Below are positions 56,446 through 64,000 of a stretch of 64,000 nt of DNA, piece after piece. The DNA is taken from positions 47,111 through 111,110 of IMG/VR virus record IMGVR_UViG_3300028887_000085. One strand, given 5' to 3'. Each line of letters opens with the position of its first letter. The stretch's first letter is position 1. A program made the position numbers and the translations under genes. Origin of the DNA: a virus. Its lineage: Duplodnaviria > Caudoviricetes. The notes below the pieces were generated by a model, which did no database searches, was not told the origin of the DNA, and saw only the letters and a program-made list of their open reading frames with translations.

Positions 56446-58983
56446 ATGCCGATCAGCGGAAATAACTATACATCGCCGACGTGGGTCAACGAGGGGCCTC
56501 CCCCCATCGACGCCAGCGAGCTTCAGGCGATCAGCGATTCGATCCAGAACAGCCAGATCATCCGGGGATTCGGGCCTCCTACTGCGCAGACTGCCGGAAT
56601 CGTCGGGCAGAGATACGCAGACCTCAGAACGACGCCGCCGACCATTTACCGGCTGATGCAGCCCGGAGAAAACGCGAATAATTGGGTGGAGGACAACGCT
56701 TACGAAAACGCCAGTATCGACCGGCTGATGAAAGAGGCGGATTCCTTTGTGGAGCTGCCCTTCACGCTGACAGAAGGATACTACGTCAACTACGAAGACG
56801 GGACACTGGCCGAGGCGGTGGCATCCAGCGCGACGAACTATATCAACATCGGGGCGTTCGATCATATCATATATAAGCAACGTATCACAACGAGCAATCC
56901 GGTATTGTCCGGAATTGCGTTCTATGACCGCAACAAAACCTATATCACTGGCACAGCAGCAAGGTCTGGTCAAAGCGTAGGATACGTTGAGATTTGTCGT
57001 AATATACCGACTAATGCTGTCTATGTGCGTTGTACAACAATCACAAACACGGAAACCTATGGTGACTTCACCATCTTTGGATATTCCGAAGCTGGGCGAC
57101 GGTTTGATGTTGCTGTAAATGGCGTCGGCAACGCAAACGCCAAGCTCTTTACCCGTATAACGGATATCACTTATGAGCGAGGCGGCATTGTGATAACCAA
57201 CGGAGATACTGCCGGGACTGCCTTAATGCCGAGCTATGTGCGCAATGTCGGTTTTCTGTCGGTGCGAGCCGGATCTACAATAGATGTGGATGACGGATAT
57301 AAGTTTGCCGTTAACCTGTATACGCTGGACGATACGCCCGTGTTCATCGCCGGGAAAAGCGCAACAATCAGCGGGATGTTCACTGTTCCTTTCGACTGCA
57401 ATATCCGGTTCTCCATCTCCGACCTTGAGAACACGCCGCAAACCACGACGGACATTGCAGAACACTTCATACTGAATCTCTACGCGCTGGACGACGCGCT
57501 GGAGATAAAATACGCCACAAAAAACGAACTGAACGACGCGGCGCTCTACTCTATTGATTATTCCGGTTTCAAAGTAGCATACGGCGGAATCAACGCTTCC
57601 GGCAATTCCAACGAAAAAAGAGACCGTCTTCGTTATACCTACAACTCTCTCGGAGGATTTGCAGTAAAGGCTGGTTCTACCATAGAAGCGAACACCGGAT
57701 ACAAATTCTGCGTAGCCCGTTACTCCAGCTATAACAGCAACTCCAACTACGAGCTCATTGAATTTATCGACATGAGGACGACGCCTTATACGGTGCCGGA
57801 GGACTGTTTCATCCGCATCAGTTTCGCGGCGGAAGACAATGCATTGCTGTGGACAAAAGTGGATGGGGAATATTTCCTCACGGAAGCGGGAGAAGCCGCC
57901 GCCGCCGGGGCCGTTTCCATGAATCTTTTCGGCGGCACGGTCAAAGAAGAGATCGAAAAGCTCAGCAACAGCATAGACATCTGGCACGAGCCCATCCGGC
58001 TGGAGACAGAAATCCCCATCAACGCCACGGAATTCCACCTGCTTTTTGACGAACTCGTGGATGCGGGATACCTTACGAGGACGCTGCTGGGGAAACAGAA
58101 CAACGACGACAATTATCCGATCTATCAGTATACGCTCCGCCACGACATGAACCATGTTGATCCCAACTACAATATCGTGCAGTGGGACGGGACGAACGAA
58201 CTGTACCAACGACCGAAGATCTGGATGGACAGCGGAATCCACGGGAACGAACGGACGACTCCCTATGTCCTGTGGGACTTCATCTATAACCTCTGCACCA
58301 GAACGGAATATCAGGACATGCGCAACGCTTTCGACTGGTATTTCGTACCTCTGGTAAACCCGTGGGGATTCAGCAACACTGCCTACAAAAACGGCGTGGT
58401 GAACAACGGCAACGGCTACACGTCCTCCACCATCTCCCAATATACCATCGCCGCAAACACGGAATCCGTGCATCAGGGCATCCGCCGCAATCTCGCCGGT
58501 ATCGACATCAACAGAGATTTCGGAACCTTTGCGACACAAGAAGCGCAGTGGATTCGGGATTCTCTGATCTCGCTGACGGCAGACGGAAGGAATTTCACCT
58601 TTGCGGTGGATTCCCATCAGGCGACGAACGGAGATGACGTTAATATCATCGGAGCGTTCCTCTCCCTGAACTATTCGGCGAGCGCTGCGGCCAAAGCCCT
58701 GATTTGGGGAAAGTGGATGCAGGCCGGGGCGATGACAGAAATGATCATCGCCAACGATCTGGACCGCCAAGTCGTGCAGTCCGTGTATCCGTGGGACGGG
58801 ACAAATCTGGAGACGGCGCGAAACTATATGGCGGCATATGCGGACTATTCCATGTGTTTTGAGGGAGGACAGACCTGCATCTATTACAGCCAGAGCAGCA
58901 CATGGAGCAATCCGATAGCGAGGACCTTCATCAACACCATGTTCCACGGGTTTACCCACACTTTGACTGAGCATTGGATGTGA
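56446..58983 (+). CDS. Virion protein with C-terminal M14 zinc carboxypeptidase-like domain
   Basis: SGIHGNE, VPLVNPWG, RRNLAGIDINRDF, DSH, FE; N-terminal WVNE..PPI.A..L. Confidence 0.75.
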   Translation: MPISGNNYTSPTWVNEGPPPIDASELQAISDSIQNSQIIRGFGPPTAQTAGIVGQRYADLRTTPPTIYRLMQPGENANNWVEDNAYENASIDRLMKEADSFVELPFTLTEGYYVNYEDGTLAEAVASSATNYINIGAFDHIIYKQRITTSNPVLSGIAFYDRNKTYITGTAARSGQSVGYVEICRNIPTNAVYVRCTTITNTETYGDFTIFGYSEAGRRFDVAVNGVGNANAKLFTRITDITYERGGIVITNGDTAGTALMPSYVRNVGFLSVRAGSTIDVDDGYKFAVNLYTLDDTPVFIAGKSATISGMFTVPFDCNIRFSISDLENTPQTTTDIAEHFILNLYALDDALEIKYATKNELNDAALYSIDYSGFKVAYGGINASGNSNEKRDRLRYTYNSLGGFAVKAGSTIEANTGYKFCVARYSSYNSNSNYELIEFIDMRTTPYTVPEDCFIRISFAAEDNALLWTKVDGEYFLTEAGEAAAAGAVSMNLFGGTVKEEIEKLSNSIDIWHEPIRLETEIPINATEFHLLFDELVDAGYLTRTLLGKQNNDDNYPIYQYTLRHDMNHVDPNYNIVQWDGTNELYQRPKIWMDSGIHGNERTTPYVLWDFIYNLCTRTEYQDMRNAFDWYFVPLVNPWGFSNTAYKNGVVNNGNGYTSSTISQYTIAANTESVHQGIRRNLAGIDINRDFGTFATQEAQWIRDSLISLTADGRNFTFAVDSHQATNGDDVNIIGAFLSLNYSASAAAKALIWGKWMQAGAMTEMIIANDLDRQVVQSVYPWDGTNLETARNYMAAYADYSMCFEGGQTCIYYSQSSTWSNPIARTFINTMFHGFTHTLTEHWM

Positions 58984-58987
58984 TCGC

Positions 58988-59644
58988 ATGAGCCTATCCA
59001 AAGTGATCGAGATTGCCAGGGGAGACCTGGGATATACGGAATCTCCCCCCAACAGCAACCGCACGAAATACGGCGAAGCCTATGGGATGAACGGACAGCC
59101 CTGGTGCGTCATGGCCCTGTGGTATTGGTTCCGGGAGGCCGGGGAGCGCATGGCCTTTTTCGGGGGCGGCAAGACGGCCTCCTGCGGAACGCTGCTGCGG
59201 TGGTATCGGGAGCAGGGGCTTACGGTGCCGGTGGAGCAGGTGCAGGCCGGGGATATCGTGATCCTCAATTTCCACGGGACGCAGGACACAGAGCATTGCG
59301 GGCTGGTGGTGGAGGATGACAAGGGCGAGGACGGTAAGCTGATAAGCGTCTATACCATTGAGGGGAACACATCGCCGGGGTTGGAAGGAAGCCAGGATAA
59401 TGGCGGGTGCGTTGCACTCAAGCGCAGATTCTTTAATCAGATCGTCGGCGTCTGCCGCCCGCAGTACAATCCGGAGGAGCCGGAGACCGTGGACGATATC
59501 AAGGGAAGGTGGAGCGAAAAAGATATCCGCCTGTGCATGGAGCACGGGATTCTGAAGGGATATCCCGACGGGACCTTCCGACCCACGCAGCCGGTCACGC
59601 GGGAAGAACTGGCCGCCGTGATCGTTCGGCTCATCGAATTGTAA
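58988..59644 (+). CDS. Endolysin: CHAP domain plus SLH domain
   Basis: PWC, HCG.V, TIEGNT; GILKGYPDGTFRP...VTREELA. Confidence 0.88.
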   Translation: MSLSKVIEIARGDLGYTESPPNSNRTKYGEAYGMNGQPWCVMALWYWFREAGERMAFFGGGKTASCGTLLRWYREQGLTVPVEQVQAGDIVILNFHGTQDTEHCGLVVEDDKGEDGKLISVYTIEGNTSPGLEGSQDNGGCVALKRRFFNQIVGVCRPQYNPEEPETVDDIKGRWSEKDIRLCMEHGILKGYPDGTFRPTQPVTREELAAVIVRLIEL

Positions 59645-59659
59645 AGGGGGGAACAGCGG

Positions 59660-60844
59660 ATGACGCAGGGAAACGGGAGAAGCGACAACGAGGGCATGGC
59701 GGAATTCGCCAAGCAGCTTTGGGAACGCTATATGCGCCAGCGCGTGATCTCCGACCTGCTGAAGCATTCGCTGGACGGATATAAGGCGAAGGTGGTTTCC
59801 AACAACGGGAACGGGACGCTGACGGTGATCCGCCCCTACGACGCCCAATCTCTGACGCTGAAATGCCCACCGGCGCTGGCGACCTGGGCGGCGGCGGGGG
59901 ACCAGGTGCTGGTGGTATCCCTTGGGGACGCCAGCAACAGCTTTATCCTCTGCGCAACGGACATCGACGGATTCGACCTGGATATCCTATCGGACCAGGA
60001 CCCGGTGATGAACGCGGCGGATGCAGACCCCGGAACATCCAGCGAAGCCTCCAGAGCGGACCACGTGCATCCGTCGGACACTTCCCGCGTTCCCACTTCC
60101 CGCACCATCAACGGATACGATCTGACGCAGGACGTGACGCTTACGGCAGCGGACGTGGGGGCGCTGGCCTCCGGCGGCACGGCAGTTGCGGCGAAGAGGC
60201 TCCAGTACGATCACAGCGTTGAAACCTCCGGAGGATGGTATAAAGTCTTTGAGCTGACATCGGCGGAGATCAACCGTTCCTATAACATGACGATGCTCAT
60301 TGACAACGGCTATCTGAACCGCCACGGGATACTGACCTTTTACCTGAATCATGCTTCAAACGGAAGTTTCAGCGGCTCCGCTTACTGGCTGGCGACGGAT
60401 TTTCCCCTGACCGAATTCCGGTTTCTGACGGACGACACGACAAAAACCTTCACGCTTTACGCCAGCAACACACAGGGAAACCTGTATTTCCGGATTCTGG
60501 CGGCGGACCCAAGAAACCCCAACAACACCTACTTTGACCCTTCTTCCTGCTGGGCGTCCGACGCTGTTAGCGAACCGACGACCGCAACGCTGGTGTACGC
60601 TCCCCTTGGCTATCCACTGAAGTTTGACGCGGTGCCGGTTTCCGCAGGAACGAACCAGGTCATCCTTACCGTTTCGGACGAGAGAATCCGGCAGACCTAT
60701 GAGCTTGTGCGCATCGAATTCGCGGACCCAAGCTATATTACAACAGGCTATACGTGGGACACGTCGACGGGGACCTTCACCGTCACGGGGACGGCGACGG
60801 CGGCGACCACGGCCAATATCCTGCTTATCAGGAGGAGCGCATAA
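59660..60844 (+). CDS. Tail fibre/baseplate protein
   Basis: ASRADHVHP, VPTSRTING..L..DVTLTAADVGAL. Confidence 0.7.
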   Translation: MTQGNGRSDNEGMAEFAKQLWERYMRQRVISDLLKHSLDGYKAKVVSNNGNGTLTVIRPYDAQSLTLKCPPALATWAAAGDQVLVVSLGDASNSFILCATDIDGFDLDILSDQDPVMNAADADPGTSSEASRADHVHPSDTSRVPTSRTINGYDLTQDVTLTAADVGALASGGTAVAAKRLQYDHSVETSGGWYKVFELTSAEINRSYNMTMLIDNGYLNRHGILTFYLNHASNGSFSGSAYWLATDFPLTEFRFLTDDTTKTFTLYASNTQGNLYFRILAADPRNPNNTYFDPSSCWASDAVSEPTTATLVYAPLGYPLKFDAVPVSAGTNQVILTVSDERIRQTYELVRIEFADPSYITTGYTWDTSTGTFTVTGTATAATTANILLIRRSA

Positions 60845-60845
60845 A

Positions 60846-61100
60846 ATGAAACAATACTATGTGATTGAGATCCAGCAATACGCCAACGGAGAATACGGGC
60901 ATCTCGTCCACTTCGCCTATGACGAAGACCCGGACAAGGCGCGTCTCAAGGGGGAGAGCAAATATCACGAGGTCCTTGCGGCTGCGGCGGTGAGCGAGCT
61001 GCCGAGCCATGCGGCGATCCTCATGACAGCAGAGGGATTCCCAATCTATCATCAATGCTATAAGCACCCTGCGGCCTCTGATGCTGTGGAGGATGAATAA
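60846..61100 (+). CDS. Phage hypothetical protein
   Basis: AGGAG RBS; YVIEIQ..ESKYH.VLAAAAVS.LP.H. Confidence 0.65.
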   Translation: MKQYYVIEIQQYANGEYGHLVHFAYDEDPDKARLKGESKYHEVLAAAAVSELPSHAAILMTAEGFPIYHQCYKHPAASDAVEDE

Positions 61101-61481
61101 ATGGCAAGCGGAACGGGAGAAAGGCCGACGCCTGACATGATTCCGGCAGAAAGCAGGACGGTGTACAGATATAACGCCTATCGGGCAGAGTCAACAAACA
61201 CGATCACCGTACAGCTAAACAAGGATTTTATTAACAATGGTACGACCTACAGCCTGTTCGGGCCGTTGTATTTCATCGACTATAACTCGACCCCCACGGT
61301 CGATGAATACTACATGCTGATGAATCCAACGAATCCAAACCGCATCATCCGCGTGACGACAAACAACACCGCACGAAATATTTCCAGCGCCGCATATGAC
61401 ATGTCTACCGGGATTCTCACCGTAACGCTCAGCGGCAATCGGGCCTATTCGGGGGTGGACGTGTATATATCCCACGTATAA
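61101..61481 (+). CDS. Fibre-tip-like hypothetical protein
   Basis: MASGT start, GGAGG RBS, lower GC. Confidence 0.55.
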   Translation: MASGTGERPTPDMIPAESRTVYRYNAYRAESTNTITVQLNKDFINNGTTYSLFGPLYFIDYNSTPTVDEYYMLMNPTNPNRIIRVTTNNTARNISSAAYDMSTGILTVTLSGNRAYSGVDVYISHV

Positions 61482-61542
61482 GGAGGAATTCTATTTCTCG
61501 TGAAGCCGTCGAAGCAATATAGCGAGCTATGTAATAAGAGAC

Positions 61543-61779
61543 AAAAAAAGAGAGGGCCAAGGCGTCGTCCTTATTCGCCTGAATGGCGGGTATCCGCGCA
61601 AGCGCGAATACCCGCGGATTCCGGCGAAACGTCCTTTTCAAACCGAAGCGATGCTGCTTCGGTTTGATTTTTGGACGGGAGTTCGCACCGGCCCTCTCTT
61701 TTTGAAAGGAGACACCCGTGGAAACACCACTAACCACAAGTGCCGGTGGTATTGTAACAGAAGCGGGGGAAGATCGCAA
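61543..61779 (-). ncRNA. Putative sRNA convergent with the late operon
   Basis: - strand TTGCGA-17-(TG)TACAAT at 61779-61751; CTCCTTTC anti-SD; GAGAGGGCC/GGCCCTCTC-T7 terminator. Confidence 0.5.
61566..61678. repeat. Dispersed structured element, copy C
   Basis: CGTCCTTA-TTCGCCTGAAT..ATTCCGGCGAA-ACGTCCTTTTCAAACCGAAGC..GCTTCGGTTTG. Confidence 0.75.
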
Positions 61780-61787
61780 GAGTGACG

Positions 61788-61934
61788 GGAGAGACGGATT
61801 GCCACGGCCTTCGGCCTCGCAATGACGAGGGACGGGGGAGCGGAGAGACGGATTGCCACGGCCTTCGGCCTCGCAATGACGAGGGACGGGGGAGCGGAGA
61901 GACGGATTGCCACGGGCTTCGCCCTCGCAATGAC
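61788..61934. repeat. Tandem 54-bp REP-like repeats (3 palindromic units)
   Basis: GGAGAGACGGATTGCCACGGCCTTCGGCCTCGCAATGAC at 61788 and 61842, loop variant at 61896. Confidence 0.9.
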
Positions 61935-61961
61935 GCTGCGGCGGGACGGGGGACGGGGGGA

Positions 61962-62477
61962 TCAGACGGAGAGACCGTCGCGCTGGGCGATGACCTGATA
62001 GAAATAGTCCTGAGCGATCTTCTCGGCCAACTCGGTGTCCCACTTTTTCAGGATCACTTCCACCGCATAATAATAGGATTCCGGGAAACCGGAAAAGCCC
62101 CTTACCTTCCAGCCCCACACCTCCTGTGGATCACCCATAACCTTATCTTTCGGGAGTATGTTCCACGGCTTCTCCGGGTGATCCATGACCCAGCGGTAGG
62201 CACCTTCCGACGGCTGCCTGCGGAACTCATAGCGGAAGAAATAATACTGCACAGGACGGGGAGGAAGTTCGGCACGGATTTCCCGGACGGGTTCTACCCG
62301 GTATTCACGGTGAAAGAAAAAGCCTTCGTCCACGTTCTCAGAGCCAAGACGGTCTTCTGCGTCCTTATGAAGCCTTTGATTGTGCAGTTCACAGTAGGTG
62401 TAGGCGTCCTCTGCATTGGTGAAGTAACCGTGGATATCGGTGTCGGAATAGTGGCCGGATTTTATGAGGTAGATCAT
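61962..62477 (-). CDS. Phage hypothetical protein
   Basis: GAAAGGAG RBS; MIYLIKSGHYSD..I.GYF. Confidence 0.65.
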   Translation of the reverse strand: MIYLIKSGHYSDTDIHGYFTNAEDAYTYCELHNQRLHKDAEDRLGSENVDEGFFFHREYRVEPVREIRAELPPRPVQYYFFRYEFRRQPSEGAYRWVMDHPEKPWNILPKDKVMGDPQEVWGWKVRGFSGFPESYYYAVEVILKKWDTELAEKIAQDYFYQVIAQRDGLSV

Positions 62478-62490
62478 GGTATCGCTCCTT

Positions 62491-63414
62491 TCAGACGGCG
62501 GCGGAGAGGCGGGAGAAAGCGTCGGCGGCGTGGTCGGTGGGGACGGTGGGACGCAGACGCTCGGCATAGCGAACGGTAACGCTGGGGCTCGCGTGGCCAA
62601 GAAGGTCCTTGATATCGTCGATGCACAGACCGGCGTCGAGGAGGTAGCTTGCATTGGCGTGGCGGAGGGCGTGGGTGCGGATTCCGGAGTCCTTTCCCAG
62701 CACCGTCTTCGTGAAGCGCTCCACCATCGTGCTCAGCTCGGTCCTTGAAAACTGCGCCCAAGAGGAGGCGTCCGTACCCTTGCCGAAAAGAAATGCGTCA
62801 GAGGGCAGCGCAGACGGCCTCAGAGGGTCGAGCATCCAGGCGGCGACGGCTTCCTGCGCGGCGGGGGGATAGGGCGCGGTGCGGGATTTGCCGCCCTTGC
62901 CGCAGCGGACGATGAGGCGGTTCTCCTCCGGGATCAGGTCGGAGACGCGGAGGTCACGGAGCTCGGAATTGCGGAGGCCGGAAGTGAGAAGCACGGTGAC
63001 GATGGCGTGGTTGCGATTGAAGAGCTTCCTGGTGCATCCCTTGGGGCAGACGGGGGAGAGGAGCGCGGCCATCTCTTCGCGGGTGAGGAGGTGGGCGTAG
63101 GGCGCGGGGGGCGGCACCTTCGTCTTCACGGCGGAGGCGGTGCAGGGATTCTCGGAACAGTATTTGCGCTCGGTGGCCCAGGCGAAGAACTGGGACAGGG
63201 GCTGGAGGTAGGCGCGGACGGAGGACTGCTTGAGACCGCGCAGGTGGAGCAGGGATTTATACTCGTCGATCTGTGCCACGGTGATCTCTTCGGGAAGCTG
63301 CACGGCCTCGGCGAAGTAGCGGAGGGAGCGCTCGTTGTTGGAGACGGAATCGGCGGTCATGCCGGAGGCTCGACAGTAGTTCAGGTAGGCGGCGGTCGTG
63401 GTGTTGTAGTTCAT
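62491..63414 (-). CDS. Second tyrosine recombinase (XerC/D-like, no arm-binding domain)
   Basis: SGLRNSE, GKGGKSR, HALRH, LGH, TVRY; 307 aa. Confidence 0.9.
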   Translation of the reverse strand: MNYNTTTAAYLNYCRASGMTADSVSNNERSLRYFAEAVQLPEEITVAQIDEYKSLLHLRGLKQSSVRAYLQPLSQFFAWATERKYCSENPCTASAVKTKVPPPAPYAHLLTREEMAALLSPVCPKGCTRKLFNRNHAIVTVLLTSGLRNSELRDLRVSDLIPEENRLIVRCGKGGKSRTAPYPPAAQEAVAAWMLDPLRPSALPSDAFLFGKGTDASSWAQFSRTELSTMVERFTKTVLGKDSGIRTHALRHANASYLLDAGLCIDDIKDLLGHASPSVTVRYAERLRPTVPTDHAADAFSRLSAAV

Positions 63415-63431
63415 TGTGTTTCTCCTTTCGT

Positions 63432-63537
63432 CGTCCTTATTCGGCGGAATGTGTCGCGGCTCCCCCCCGGTCGCCGCTCAAAGATTCCGACGAAACGTCC
63501 TCTCCAAACCGAAGCTGCCGCTTCGGTTTGGGAACGG
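63432..63537. repeat. Dispersed structured element, copy D, abutting the recombinase RBS
   Basis: CGTCCTTA-TTCGGCGGAAT..ATTCCGACGAA-ACGTCCTCTCCAAACCGAAGC..GCTTCGGTTTG. Confidence 0.75.
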
Positions 63538-63591
63538 GGGTGTCTTTATCGTCTCGCAAAAGGACGGATTGTAACCGGCGGTTTGAAAAAA

Positions 63592-64000
63592 TCAATAGCC
63601 GTTTTGCTCCACACCGTAGACGGCCTGTTCGTGGGTGAAGCCCTCGTACTCCAACTGCTCGATCAGGCCGGAGCGGGAGAAGCCCATATCCAGATCCAGA
63701 TATCGCTCGGCAGATATGACGGCCTGCTCTTTCCAGTCGGCACCGCAATTCTTGACGGCGTATTCCGCTTCGGATTTGGTATATCCCTCATATTCAAGCT
63801 GGTCTATGAGTCCGGAACGGGAGAAGCCAATGTTCGCCTTTAGGTAGGATTTCGCGCTTTTGAGCGCGTTCTGCTCGCCCATGGTGGCGGATGACGTGGG
63901 GGAGGGCTTCACCGTGGGGCGGGGCGTTGACGGGGAAGAAGTGGATTTGGGGGCGGCGGTGTAGGAAGAATAGCTTCTTCCGGAGGAAGACACGCCGCAG
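63592..64000 (-). CDS. Ltp-family host-cell-surface lipoprotein (superinfection exclusion-like), 5' truncated
   Basis: Two repeats A..YL...GFSRSGLI.QLEYEG.T...A.Y.V; Ser/Thr/Pro linker; Cys-Gly at the window edge fits a lipobox. Confidence 0.8.
   Translation of the reverse strand, partial: CGVSSSGRSYSSYTAAPKSTSSPSTPRPTVKPSPTSSATMGEQNALKSAKSYLKANIGFSRSGLIDQLEYEGYTKSEAEYAVKNCGADWKEQAVISAERYLDLDMGFSRSGLIEQLEYEGFTHEQAVYGVEQNGY

Noticed and set aside
61788-61934. Tandem palindromic repeats resembling a mini CRISPR array
   Set aside because: The intervening 15-bp sequences are identical, there is no leader or cas gene, and the same unit occurs singly elsewhere; REP-like.
61782-62579. 265-aa plus-strand ORF with GETDCHGLRPRND repeats
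   Set aside because: It is a translation of the REP repeats plus the antisense of the 61962-62477 gene.
59660-63414. Invertible tail-fibre shufflon driven by the second recombinase
   Set aside because: No inverted repeats or reverse-oriented fibre tips were seen around the fibre genes.
1-64000. Stop-codon reassignment (alternative genetic code)
   Set aside because: Genes are intact under code 11, all three stops are used, and no suppressor tRNA is evident.

Overview
The whole window reads as part of one temperate, long-tailed phage genome, probably infecting a high-GC Clostridia-type (Bacillota) host; the host call is inferred from RBS/promoter style and gene families. Left arm (1-10.6 kb): rightward accessory operon with a Tad2/DUF2829-like domain, Lar-like proteins, two canonical tRNAs (Gln-TTG, Gly-TCC) inside about 1.8 kb of dense structured non-coding sequence with several remodelled tRNA-like elements, three tandem DNA methyltransferases (the first split across frames at an (AG)10 tract and an A7 run) and a radical SAM enzyme. 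An apparently intact attP with TACACCAA arm repeats follows, then the tyrosine integrase and a repressor/cro switch with face-to-face promoters. Next come recombination and replication genes (YqaJ, RecT, SSB, RuvC-like, initiator with iterons, DnaC-like, dUTPase, sigma factor, SleB-like hydrolase), then packaging, head, fibre, tail and lysis genes (26-61.5 kb). The right end holds an sRNA-like unit, REP-like repeats, a second tyrosine recombinase and an Ltp-like lipoprotein. Most notable: (1) the tRNA-like/structured RNA cluster, (2) the multi-frame, repeat-switched methyltransferase, (3) a probable ACG start adding an Ig-like domain to the N-terminus of the major tail protein, (4) a dispersed covarying two-hairpin element, one copy abutting the RBS of the second recombinase. 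All product calls come from motif recognition and synteny; no database searches were run.
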